The translations under genes and the position numbers were made by a program. A DNA stretch of 64,000 nt from contig NEEC01000018.1 in the NCBI GenBank assembly GCA_002189035.1, positions 1,178,001 through 1,242,000 on the forward strand, written 5' to 3'. How positions within the stretch are numbered: the first letter of the stretch is position 1; every line of letters begins with the position of its first letter. The DNA comes from Utricularia gibba. Its lineage: Eukaryota > Plantae > Magnoliophyta. Below the pieces are notes generated by a model. That model saw only the letters and a program-made list of their open reading frames with translations, was not told the DNA's origin and searched no databases. Below, one piece after another: positions 1 through 11,711 of the stretch.

Positions 1-1069
1 TGCATTGATAGTTTTTTTATATGTATATAATTATTAAAATTTCATAATATTACCGGTAATAATATTTTTTTAATTAAATACATTCTAATTATAAAACTTC
101 ACATCATCCAAAGGCATACCATTGTATATGATTAAATATTAATTTGTTTGATAATTTATTATGTTTTGAAACCGTCATTATAATATTAATTAAAATTTTA
201 TTAATTAAGATTTTACATAATTTCTTAATAATACTTTTAATTTTAATTTTATAAAAAATAAGTTTATAATCATTATGAATCTAACCCACAACCATTAAAC
301 ATAAATATCAAAATATAAATATTTAAGTTATGGACATAGTTTACGTATAAACCATACTCATAAATAATTTGGTATACGACACAGGCACTGCTTATGTATA
401 AATCATGACTGTATTGTATACAAAACATCATATGGGCACTATTTATATATAAACCATGCGCGTATTTTATATAAAACACTATATAAGTATGAATTATGCA
501 TAAAACAAGTACATAGTATATATATATATCACCGTAGCTTAACTGTAAGTATTTTGATATTTACATTTGATGGTAGAAGGCTTGATTCGTATTCATTGCA
601 GATTTTATTTTTTACAAGTTTAAAATTAAAATATATATATTTATATGAATTCATATTTCTATATGGAATCATCACTTTAATAAAAATTACAAATAAATAA
701 CATTAATTACACTTTTAACAATATTTTGAAACATGATAATGTATGCGAATGCAAATATATTCCAGTTTAATGCATATCACAATTATCACGAAATCAGTTA
801 CACAAACGAAATAAAAAATATGAGCACGTTAATCTGAATTTCATACCCGAAACCTAAATGACATACCCGAAACAGCCCGGAAACCGGCGATGGCGAAGCA
901 TTTGGCTGAAGAAATCTGAGAAGAAGAAACCTTACTAGAGAATGGAGAGCACGAGCATCCAGATGGAGATGAATAGCAGGTTAATCAACAATTGTTTCTA
1001 AACCACCATGATCTTATCTTGATAATGCTTTACCCCAATAACCTATTGCATATCAGCACCCCATTATTG

Positions 1070-1607
1070 TGTTAGAATATACAATTCCATGTCGAAAAAT
1101 GAAAGTGGAATAATCTAGTATATAAGAAATTATAGATCACAATTAATTAATTGAGTCTAATCTTTTCTATTGTGATCCACGCTTTTTGTGCACTTGGGCT
1201 TCATGTGTGCGGTTGCCCGACCCATCGGATCCTGAATTTCAACATGGTATCAAAGCGTTTGCCTCATGGCACGACGTGGGTGGCCAAAATAAGTTTCGTT
1301 TTGGTCTGAGTTCTGGTTAAAAAAAAAAAAGGGATGTATTGAGCTTAGGCGACAAAAAATTAGATCGATCTATGATCCGAGCACTACCTACAATCATAAA
1401 AAAAACAAGTCATCACCAGACTTGAGGGTGGGTGTTAGAATACATAATCCCACATTGGAAAATGAAAATGGAATAATTTAATATATAAGAAACTACATAT
1501 TACAAGTAATCGATTGGGTCTAATCTTTTTTAATGTGATTCACGTTTCTTGTGTACTTGGACTTCACGTGTGTGCTCGCCCAACTCATAGGATACTCAAT
1601 TTCAACA
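1070..1607 (+). mobile_element. TRIM (terminal-repeat retrotransposon in miniature), non-autonomous, 538 bp
   Basis: Two 175-bp direct repeats (1070-1244 and 1433-1607) each run TGTTAG...CAACA. A PBS-like TGGTATCAAAGC at 1245-1256 (tRNA-iMet type) follows the first, and a purine tract GAGGGTGGG at 1424-1432 precedes the second. A 5-bp TSD TATTG lies at 1065-1069 and 1608-1612. The paralogous site downstream of SCPL-D (about 13562-13566) is empty, with a single TATTG. Confidence 0.93.
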
Positions 1608-1642
1608 TATTGAACATACATCAACCACACCAGATAAGCTCT

Positions 1643-4600
1643 TTACACAGGGGACTTGGAAAGCCATCTCTCAAGCATCGCGTAGCATTCTTCCGCCTTG
1701 TGCTCCGGAGCCGTATGCCCCGCACCCTATGGGGAAAGCCCATTCCTTTACTTGTATGTGTTGGAAAAAGAGATTTTGATTTTTGTTGTGCGTTGTCAGA
1801 TCTTGCCTTAACAGTGGCAAAGGTGAGTATAGCTTCATCGTTCTTGTAACTCATGGTGTATCTAAACATTCATAGAGGATAGACTTTAGGTTAGATGGGA
1901 TATGAGTTGAGTTTATAAACAAAGAGAGTACTTGCCCTGCAACTTGGTTTTTCACCATCCATGGCCTCCACTCCTCACTTAGACTGAGATTTAGTTGCTG
2001 AATCCAAAGCAAAGTGGATCTAAACGGCATTTCCAGGTCATGATCTCCACTGTGTATGTCACATGAGTTGCACTAACTCTCTGCACTTGAAATTCATTGA
2101 ACAAAGATAGAGACTCAACATTACCTGTAGACCAAGGCTTTGTAACCTTGGTCACTAAGGTAGCGATGTATGTTGTTGGGGTGTGACACATCTTCTATGT
2201 GGGCATTCGCTATATTGCGTTGGCGTCCTGCCCATCTACTTGAGTCCCCTGGGGTTGTTCCATCGAGCATCAGCACCAAGGGAGGGAAATAATGAAACCA
2301 GAGAGAAGCCATGATACCTTCCTAACACCAAGTGCTTCTTGAACTGTAGGATCATTGGCCCAAGCATTCATTGGGATATAATTCACTTCCTGAAAAAGAT
2401 TTCGATCACACATATAGTAGAGTTTTGGACCTCAAAGGGGTTAGTGGGCAACACTAGCACAAATCGATTACCCTGCACCAAGTTTGCTCTCCGGGCATGG
2501 AAATGAAGTTGAGAGAAGTGTCATCATCATCCAAGAAAGTGCTCCATCTTGCATTCTCTCCCAGTTTTTTGATAGTCGCTGTTGAGTGGCATTTTGGCTC
2601 CAATATATGCACAATGTTTATCTGATCTAGCAACTACAACAATGACAAGCGTATAGAGTCCAGTTTCACATTCTCAATCTGATATCTGAGCAACACCTTT
2701 TCACACCTCATACATACTAGCAACTGCTTGGACGCATTCACTGTTACTAGATTCTTTGTTAACGTAGTCTCGATTGTAGGCCGTTTTCACGTGCTGAAAA
2801 AAATGATGGAATGATTAGATATGTATCAGGATAAGAGCCAGTTTGTTAGCAAGCAAACCTCATAATGCTGGTAAGATACAATTCCCATTCCATGAGCATA
2901 TGCGATTCTCTCTTTGAATTCCTTTCCTGCTGCATTGATCCCATTGCCGGATATGTGTCCCTAAAAACGCATAAAATGTGATGAGTTGAAGGTAAACAAC
3001 TCCAACTTGCCTTAGAATCATGTACCTGCAAAGCCATGGGAGGGTAGTGTCCTTGTGCCACACCTGCATAAAATGAAAAGTGAAACTTTCATATATCCAT
3101 TCTCTCTGACATGGCAATAACTGGTCTAAAGAATGAGATGTTTCTGCTAGTTGAATGCAGAGGTCTTCCTCTTCAACTGCACTCATCCATCTAAGTAACA
3201 AATACCAACCTTTGGCAATTTCATAGGCAACCAATGCGGCAATTTTGCCTCCATAGGAATCACCCGCGATGTACAGAGGATTGCCCAGAAACTTGGGGTG
3301 ATTCAACATCCACTGCATCAAAAACAACAGATCAGCTACAGGAGGCATTGTGCATCATCTACCAATATCATCATCCTACGTTTTAAGAGCACCTTTCTTA
3401 TGAACTCGTAATTCTGTTTCATGATCACGGTGTCAGACGTGTTTCCGACTTTGGCCCTGGAGTTGTACGCGAATCCAGTTCCAGGGGGATAGTCGATGAA
3501 GATTATGCTTGCAAACTAGAAACCAAAGAAACCTTCAATTTAACAGAAGTTGATCTGATTAATGGGAGAGAAGTAGAAGACACACATTGGACTGGTTACC
3601 TTCGTCCACGCCTTCTCCCTCCTGATAAGAGATGTCTTGGAGCTTCCATAGAAACGCTCTAAATCGAACGCCAAAGGACCTGCAAAACTTTCCAACTTTT
3701 TAGTTCAATATCATCGTTGCAAAAGCAATAACGGTTTTAATTTTGGCAGAAAATAGTAAAAACAAATAGTAGGATATGAATTTATTTTGAGAAAGAAATT
3801 ATCATTTCAAGTTAGAAGTATAAATAATTATTGTAATTATAATTTTCAATTTTTATAAATTAGAATGTTCTAGAATGTTTCTGGCCACTTGGCGTCATTG
3901 ATCTCCACGATTTGTTACATTTACAAAAATGATGTTCACTGTCTTAAAGTTATCACCACTGTTTATAATTTGGTATAATTAATTCTCAATATTTCAAAAT
4001 GATGGTAAATTTATTACCATTGTTTACAAAATTAATCCTAAATAATATAGTGTTCATTATTTTGGCATAATTAATCCTCAATAGTTAAAATAATTGATAT
4101 TAATAGTCCCAATTGCTTAAAACATTTGATAAAATTAATCGCCAAATAATCATGTCTAATTTATTAAATAATGCAAACTAATTATACATGATGTTCAATA
4201 TTAATGCAAATTAAAATAATCATGTCTGATATGAGTGCTAATTATGCACGATATCCAAAATATTGAGTATTAATTTTATTTTATCATGTTTTTACTATTT
4301 TTAATATTTTGAGTAACATGCTGACTTGTTGGAATCAATGTTTTAAATTCAGAAATTTTGTCGAAATTTCAGATTTCATATTTTTTTCGATATGAAATAT
4401 TTTGAAATCTGTTCTAAGATTGGTTGGAATTCGATTAAAGCTGCTTTGGTGGTGGTTTTGGGCAAAGGTGGATATAATAAAAGAAGTTTTAAGTAAAGGT
4501 TTTAATACAGAATTGTTTGGTAGAGTGTTTTATATGAAATTGATAAATTATATGGTAATTTATGTATATAGATGAAATAACAATTGTATCCATGGTTGGG

Positions 4601-5449
4601 TGCGTAAAATAACATTCGGATAGGGGTATAATGGTAATTATTTTTAACCTTAAGGATAAATAATGTCAATACAGGAAATTACACTACTTTATATAACTAA
4701 AGCCACTTATCCACTGTGTTATCCAAAGACAATTACTGGCTATAAAGTAACTTTCAGTTTAAAGCATATTACCAAATATTTGGCTGAAGTGTCCACTCTC
4801 ATAACCGTATGTCCAATTTTCAAATTTATTCCCATATTTTTATGTGAAAAATAACTAAATTCATCTAACAAACTGTTCCTTAAAGATTGAGATGATTTTG
4901 AAAATTAACCATCTCGTTGTTACTGTATATGAAAAATAGCCATCATATGGGTAAAATTTTAATTTTAATGTGAGATAAAATAATAGGATGATTAGTTTTC
5001 AAAACTCGATTATTTGACGGAGAGTGTTGTTATTGTTGTAAACGGTAAAAGGTTGGATGGAGTAGTCCTTTTGAAGAAGGAGAACAACTCACCGAATTGA
5101 TATATCAGAGCGAAGAGACTGGAGCATCCCGGCCGCGCGGTGTGCCAGAGCAATAACGGGTCGACCCGTGGGGTCTCCCTGCGACTCCACGAAGTAGTAG
5201 AACAAGTGGGTCTCTTCCTTCTCTCCCACGCTCACGTACCTGGGTGTGCGGCAGATGAGAAGAAGCACGCAGTTGGAAGAAGAGAACAGCAGCAACTCAC
5301 CCAGTTTCCAGTTTGAAGGGGAGAGCTCCAGAGAAACCCGGAAGCGTCCTCACGATTTTCTGCGCAGAGGAAGGAGCTGCAAGTGGCAGCAGGAGCAGCA
5401 GCAGGAGGAGCAGAGGGAACATGGAGACAACCGCGACGACGAGTTTCAT
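1643..5449 (-). pseudogene. SCPL: SCPL copy A: full-length 14-exon SCPL clade IA-type gene with frameshifts
   Basis: Exons (minus): 5449-5301, 5239-5093, 3679-3600, 3515-3393, 3312-3210, 3063-3026, 2960-2859, 2793-2707, 2633-2472, 2389-2318, 2248-2125, 2049-1936, 1861-1807, 1726-1643. Motifs GDSYGG, SGDHD and GAGHT are present. Exon 2 is 147 bp versus 146 in paralogs (extra G in the run at about 5170). Exon 11 lacks 1 nt versus copy D (about 2242), giving a premature TAG. Two Cys conserved in paralogs are lost (exon 8 C>Y, exon 11 C>R), and the intron 13 donor is GC rather than GT. Confidence 0.85.
3900..4310. mobile_element. Putative AT-rich MITE/MULE-like dispersed repeat in SCPL-A intron 2
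   Basis: The stretch ...ttttggcataattaatcctcaatagttaaaataattgatatt...gtcccaattgcttaa... recurs in D intron 2 (about 15900-16200). It recurs loosely at about 31700-32030 and 43380-43790. Termini and TSD were not resolved. Confidence 0.35.
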
Positions 5450-5830
5450 GATTTCAGTTCTCACAAGAAAGCCTTCGGATCATTCTCATTAAATAGTTGA
5501 AGTAGGATGGATGTATTGCATTGCATGCATTTGAATGAATAAATGCCCTGACGTTAGCATCGAGTTTTTTAAACGAGAACGACAAAAACTACACGTATAA
5601 TTATTTTATTTCAGAATATTATTTAGTTTTTCGATCAAATTCAATTTTTTTTCTAGATTTCGACCATTGGGTATATGGTATATATATATTGATAAAAACT
5701 GGTAGGTTTGGTTGGAGCACATGCGAGTGGGGGTGGTTGAGGCCGAAGAAGGTGCTGAAAAAAGACCGTTTGATTTCTTTTGCTGATTGCCACATATTAG
5801 CTTCTCAGTGGAAAAGATGAGGACAGTTTA

Positions 5831-6043
5831 ATCATTCTTATATCTCATGGTATACCTGAACATTAGCAGAGGAAAGAATTTGGGGTCGAGTTGCTATGGA
5901 TTAGGTTTACAGACAAAGAGATTGCTTGCCCTAAAACTTGGTCGTTCACAATCCATGGTCTCCTCGCCTCCATGAGACTGAGATTCAGTTGACGGATCCA
6001 AAGCAAAGTGGCTGTAAACGGCATCTTTAGGTCTTGATCTTCA
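5831..6043 (-). pseudogene. SCPL: SCPL fragment H: exon 12, intron 12 and start of exon 13
   Basis: The minus strand gives [20 protein letters not shown]...[11 protein letters not shown], then a GC donor at 5929, the intron and YTMRYKND (5855-5831). It is of the B/E (DQD) subtype and has no flanking exons. Confidence 0.85.
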
Positions 6044-6044
6044 T

Positions 6045-6593
6045 TGTTAATTATTAATAAATATGAATAAATATGCTATTTACTTATTAAATTCATTCTT
6101 ACTATTTACACTCTAAACATGAACTCTTTCTATGATAAAATTCCAAACATATATGAATTATTAATTCTATCAGAATTTTTAATTCTTTTAAAATCAATTT
6201 TAAATTGTTTTTTTTTTCAAACGTAACTTACAATTCACGATACAACATGAAAAATTTAGGGTTCAATAGGAGCACGCTCACTCTCCATCAAGGGATGATC
6301 AATGCCAAATATTCATAAAAAATTTGCATTTCGAATTTCCATGCTAAACCCTTAAGGCTCATTTCCTATATATTTCTTGAATTAACACAATTATATACTT
6401 TACTGTAGATTTCACATGGATCTCTAGTTTTTCATGCTCATTTAAATAAAAATTGTAGTGTTATCGCATGTTCATACAAATATGTATCATTTTCGACAAG
6501 AAATTGTTCATGTAGAGTGGATGGATACCGCTACTTTTACTTGGGTTGCTTTTTTACATTATTGCACAAGTAGTGCAGAGAAGATAAGCTCTT
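6045..6593 (-). repeat. Segmental duplicate: 3' flank of SCPL-B, inverted copy of about 28315-28850 (partly also about 21120-21700)
   Basis: Shared strings include gagcattgatcatcccttgatggagag(t/c)gagcgtgctcc and gaaccctaaatttttcatgttg(t/a). They are seen on the minus strand here and on the plus strand at about 21618-21685 and 28593-28660. Confidence 0.85.
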
Positions 6594-9500
6594 TTATAGT
6601 GGGGTATTGGAAAGCCATCTATCCACCATTGCGTAGCATTCCTCAGGCTTGTGCTCCGATGCCGTATGCCCGGCACCCTACATGAGAGCGCATTCCTTCA
6701 CTTGAGTGTATTGGGAAAAGAAGTTTAATTTATGTTGTGGGTTGCCAAATCCTACCTTCACTGTAGCAAAGGTGAGGACAGCTTCATCGTTCTTGTAGCT
6801 CATAGTATACCTGAATATTAGCAGAGTAAAGAAATTGGGGTCGACAGGATATGGATTAAGTTTGCAACAAAAGAGAATACTTGCCCTGCAACTTGGTCGT
6901 TTACAATCCATGGCCTCCACTCCTCGATTAGACTGAGATTCAATTGTCGAATCCAAAGCAACGTGCCTCTAAATGGCATCTTTAGGTCTTGATCTCCGCT
7001 GTGTGTACGCTATGCATGTTGGCATTTTGAATTCATTGAACACAGAAATAGCCTCGACCTTACCTGTAGACCAAGGCTTTGTAACCTTGATCGCTAAGGG
7101 ATCGGTGGATGTCGTTGGGGCGCACATCTTTGATGTTCGCATTCTTGATCTTCTCATGGCATTTTGTCCATTCACTTGCAGTTCCCTAGAGTTGTTCCAT
7201 CAAATATCAGCATGAAGTGAGGTAAACAATGTGAAAGAAAGTAGATATTATACCTTCCTAACACCAAGTGCATCTTGAACTATAGGATCGTTGGCCCAAG
7301 CAATCATCGGGAGATAGTTTAGCGGCTGTAAAGAACCAAGAAATCGTCATGTGGAAAGTTGTGGACCTTGACGACGTTAGTGGACGAGACATGCACATCT
7401 TAACTACCCGACACCAAGACTTCTCTCCGGGCATGGAAATGAAGTTGAGAGAAGGGTCGCAAGCCGGTTCCATTATATGCGGCATGTTTATCCGATCGAG
7501 CAGCTACAACAATGACAAGTGTATCATGTCCAGTTTCACATTCTCAATGTGATATCTGAGCAAAATCTTTTCGCACCAATTGTATACCAGCAACTGCCTG
7601 GATGCATTCACTATTACTGGATTCTGTGTTGACATAGTCCCCATTGCAAGCTCTTCTCGCATGCTGAAAAAATGATGGAATAATTTCAGATATGTAACAG
7701 GAAGACAATCAGTTTGTTAGCAAGTAAACCTCATAATGCTCATCAGATACAAGTCCCATTCCATGAGCGTATGGGATTCTCTCGTTGAATTCCTTTTCGG
7801 GTACGTTGATCGCATTGCCGGATATATATCCCTATGAATGTATAAAATGTGATGAGTTGAAGGTATGCAACTCCAACTTGCCTTAGAATCATGTACCTGC
7901 AAAGCCATGGGAGGGTAGTGTCCTTGTGCCACACCTGCATAAAATGAAAAGTGAAACTTTCATATATCCATTCTCTCTGACATGGCAATAACTGGTCTAA
8001 AGAATGAGATGTTTCTGCTAGTTGAATGCAGAGGTCTTCCTCTTCAACTGCACTCATCCATCTAAGTAACAAATACCAACCTTTGGCAATTTCATAGGCA
8101 ACCAATGCAGCAATTTTGCCTCCATAGGAATCACCCCCGATGTACAGAGGATTGCCCATAAACTTGGGGTGATTCAACATCCACTGCATCAAAAACAACA
8201 GATCAACTATCATGCATATTCAGAGTATTCAAAAACACGCACCTCAGCAACCAAATACAAGTATACAAATAATTGAGTTGTTAAGCCTAATCTCTCCAAC
8301 TATCCTATACCTTTCTCATGAACTCGTAGTTCTCCTCCATGATCATGGTGTCAGATGAGTTGCCACCTCTGGCCGCAGACTGGTACGCGAATCCAGTTCC
8401 AGCGGGATAGTCGATGAAGATTATGCTTGCAAACTAGAAACCAGAGGAACCTCAAGTTTGAAAGGAGTTGAGGTGATTGATTAATAGGAGGGAATCAAAA
8501 GTTTGGATTGCTTTCATTACCTTCGTCCATGCCTTGTCTCTTGTGACAAGAGATATCTCAGAGCTCCCATAATAACGCTCTAAATCAAAGGCCAAGGGAC
8601 CTGCAAAACCTTCCAACTTCTCAGCATAGGTTGATAATACGTATTACATATGTTTGATAGAAAATATTTATAAGAAATTTATATGTTATATTACTAAAAC
8701 ATAGTCATATTTAAATATACATAATTATTTATTGTGTATTTGAAAATAAAAATTATTTAATAGATAGATATATATGTTTTACTATTTTATAAACTCTTTT
8801 TCCATAAAAAAGAACGTAAAATTGTAATAATTATATGCTAAAAATGAACAATATCCTAAATGATAACATGAGTCATGACATTGATTGGGCAGCACGCGCT
8901 CCAGGGTTGTTGGTCCGTCTCATTCCAAAGTCTTTCAATTAGACATATCATTCATTTTCTTTGTACCAAAGAATGGATCATGTTTATCTTTCATACTCTA
9001 TTCGTCAATCTTATCAACATGATCAAGATTTAGAAATTTAAAATCCTGATTTTTTGTAGATTATTTAAAATGATGTGAATGTTAAAAATACTGATTGATA
9101 TATAAAAATTTGAAGATGAAAAATAAGTTGATTTCGGAGAAATCATATTGAAATCAATACATCTCAAAGAATTTAAATCACAAGTATAATGTGAAATTAA
9201 AAATGGATCATGTGTTGTATGGATTATTAAAAAAACCTAATTCGATCTGTTTTCATACTTTGGTGAGCCCCGGACAGAGATCCAAATGGAGTAGTCCTTG
9301 GGAAGAAGGAGAACAACTCACCGATTTCATATAAGAGAGCGAAGAGACTGGAGCATCCCGGCCCGCCGCTGTGCCAAAGCAATAGCGGGTCGACCCGTGG
9401 GTTTCCCTGCGACTCCACGAAGTAGTAGAACAAGTGGGTCTCTTCCTTCTCTCCCACGCTCACGTACCTGGGAGTGCGGCAGATGAGAAGAAGCACGCAG

Positions 9501-9677
9501 TTGGAAGAAGAGAACAGCAGCAGCTCACCCGGTTTCCAGTTTGAAGGGGAGAGCTCCAGAGAAACCCGGAAGCGTCCTCACGATTTTCTGCGAAGAGGAG
9601 GAAGCTGTAAATGGCAGCAGCAGCAGGAGGAGGAGGAGCAGAGGGAAGAAGGGCACGACCGCGACGGCGAGTTTCAT
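6594..9677 (-). CDS. SCPL: SCPL copy B: serine carboxypeptidase-like, clade IA acyltransferase type, 456 aa, intact
   Basis: Exons (minus): 9677-9529, 9467-9322, 8600-8521, 8433-8311, 8183-8081, 7934-7897, 7831-7730, 7663-7577, 7503-7408, 7325-7254, 7185-7064, 6998-6885, 6810-6756, 6677-6594. They total 1371 nt in frame to TAA. It has a Leu-rich signal peptide, [16 protein letters not shown] (catalytic Ser), SGDQD (Asp) and GAGHT (His). The intron 12 donor is GC. Confidence 0.9.
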
Positions 9678-10111
9678 GCTTTCAGATCTGGCACGAAAGC
9701 CTTTGGTTCATCATTAAATTATTGTAGTAGGATGGATGCACTCTATTTGAATGAATGATCGTAGTCATGGATGATGTGGGTTTTGGGTGTTCCGTTCTTC
9801 TTGTAAGTATACACAGTGTTTATAGACAAAAAAGTGACCAAAATTTGTGGTCTCAATTATTTTTTTATAAAGACATTATCTTTAATCACTTTCAGTTGGT
9901 CATAATCACATTACCAAATGATATTAATTTTAAATTGTCAATAATTTCATAATATTTATCTACTTAACATGACCGGCAATTATTTAAAACAATAAAATTA
10001 ATTGGGTTTTGGGTGTCCCACCTACACGTTTTTTGACAGGTACCGACGGACAGGCTGGCACGACCGGCAATTCATTTAAAGCAATAACTTACTTAAATTA
10101 GCCTAACAACA

Positions 10112-10770
10112 CATGTAAAAGCAAAGATGCTTGGTTGATGTTCTATGCACTCTATATGAATAATTTTTATGCAAAACAAACAAAAAAAATGTTATCAAAT
10201 CTTAAATATGAGATTATGCAAAGTTATAACTCATTAGCATGACAAGAAAATAAAGTTACAAAATTTATTTCAATGAGCATGAAAAACTAGAGAACCATGA
10301 GAAAATCTATTGAAAAGTACATAACTGTATTAACTCAAGAAATCCACAATAAACTTTAAATTTAGGGTAGAAAATAAAAAAAAAATGCAAAATTTTAGTG
10401 GGATGGCTACAGCGAATAGATCTGATTTGATCATGCTTTTTGAAAAGTGTTTTTTTGTCAACTTGGTTCAATGTATTCTTAGATTTAATTATAAGGCGTA
10501 TACATGTGCCTCACGTGCGTTTCGTTGCCAGTTCGAAAAGGTTGCAAAAAGATTTGTATGATTCAGTCCAATCAACCTCGGTGAGCCGGTGGCCGTTCCT
10601 CCGCCTCATGAATATGCGGCTTTCAACTTTCTTAATTGGGTTTCAGTGATTACCCCTTAATTTTCTTGATGCCATCGGAGGAGTTGTTCCACAAGGACGC
10701 CGCCTACGCCCTGCCGGCGTTTCCGCCGACAGGCTATCGTTAGGAGTACCCTTCCCAGGGATATCATCCG
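10112..10770 (+). repeat. Segmental duplicate of about 27515-28184 (SCPL-E 3' flank plus 5' part of CYSTM)
   Basis: Colinear similarity starts at catgtaaaag(c/t)aaagat and continues through tgcactctatatg(a/g)ataatttttatgcaaaa and gatttgatcatgctttt into the CYSTM-like exons. Confidence 0.85.
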
Positions 10771-10771
10771 C

Positions 10772-11050
10772 GGTAGTTATTTTGGAAAATATATACTGTC
10801 ATCCCACTGTATTAGAAAAATACATTGTGTTGGAAAAATATACATAACATGTGAAAAAAAAAAAAATAGATTTAGTGTGTGAAAGATAAAGTTATAATAT
10901 ATACTTTAATAAAAGACACTTATCTCCCGGGCTTATTTTGAAAAATACACTCTGTAAAATTATTATGTGAAAAAACTATCATCCTATGTGTGATGTTTTG
11001 TGTTGAGTGTGTGTCAGAGAAATGGAGGGTTGGTAGATTTATAAAACAAC
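10772..11050. mobile_element. Putative MITE inserted in CYSTM copy 1 exon 2
   Basis: About 280 bp of AT-rich sequence is absent from the other CYSTM copies. There is a short imperfect TIR (tagttattttggaaaat versus the reverse complement tagttgttttataaat). TSD was not resolved. Confidence 0.45.
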
Positions 11051-11130
11051 TATACCCCTCCGCCACAGCATAAATAAACCGCGAGTGACCACGTCCTTGT
11101 AAGGATGGTATGGTTACCTACGCACTAAAT

Positions 11131-11333
11131 GGGAAACAATAAGCAAAATACATATTTTATAAAAGTTTATTAGCAAAATACTCAATGTTATGAAAACGTT
11201 TGCTAAATACATGTTTGCAGAATACATGCTTTTTAATGACAATTGTGAACAACAATTGTGTAATGTACGGTAAACTAGTAACAAACTTCATAAAACTAGA
11301 GGTAAGTGTATTAGAAAATTAATAAAATATATA

Positions 11334-11369
<36 letters not shown>

Positions 11370-11711
11370 TTATTTATTTACAAAATAAGTAAAGTTGAAA
11401 TTATTTGAAAATTTTTTTAAAAAGTCATTTAGCAAAATCTTTGCTACACAATCGATTGGTGGGTTTGCATCAATAAGATCAATCAAGTCGGCCAGCGTTG
11501 TTTTAATTGAAGATACAAAAGGAATCCATTACTCTCTTCTCTGACTTTTTCAAGACAGTAATTAGGGTTGAATAGCATGGGTGCATATCTGCATAGGTGC
11601 ATAGGTGTATAGGTGTATAGTTGCAGAAAACATGTATTTTGTTTATGTTTTATTGAATTTATGTATTTTGCTAATTCATATTTTCTACATATGTATTTTA
11701 CTAACGGAACC
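11131..11711. mobile_element. Non-autonomous TIR DNA element (Mutator- or hAT-like), 581 bp, in CYSTM copy 1 intron 2
   Basis: There is an imperfect TIR of about 45 bp (aagcaaaatacatat...ttagcaaaatac versus the reverse complement of the right end, tagtaaaatacatat...ttagcaaaatac). An 8-bp TSD cactaaat (11123-11130) / cactaaac (11712-11719) flanks it, and the empty site cactaaac is at about 22874 in CYSTM copy 2. It contains a (TA)n tract at about 11335-11365. Confidence 0.7.

Noticed and set aside
273-479. Short ORFs in AT-rich intergenic DNA (for example 273-479, 4663-4854, 17062-17244, 33521-33772, 56455-56655, 63538-63723)
   Set aside because: They have low-complexity Ile/Phe/Tyr/Asn-rich translations, often non-ATG starts, and no splice or motif support.
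2860-3348. 162-aa ORF reading through SCPL intron 5 (same in B, 7743-8213), suggesting an extra exon
   Set aside because: The intron is 146 nt (not 3n) with canonical GT-AG ends, and the frame after it is not the SCPL frame. Paralogs D and E have unrelated intron 5 sequence.
5246-5500. Gln/Glu-rich plus-strand ORFs (also 9474-9758, 16530-16778)
   Set aside because: They are the reverse complement of the (CTG/CTC)n poly-Leu signal-peptide exon of the SCPL genes.
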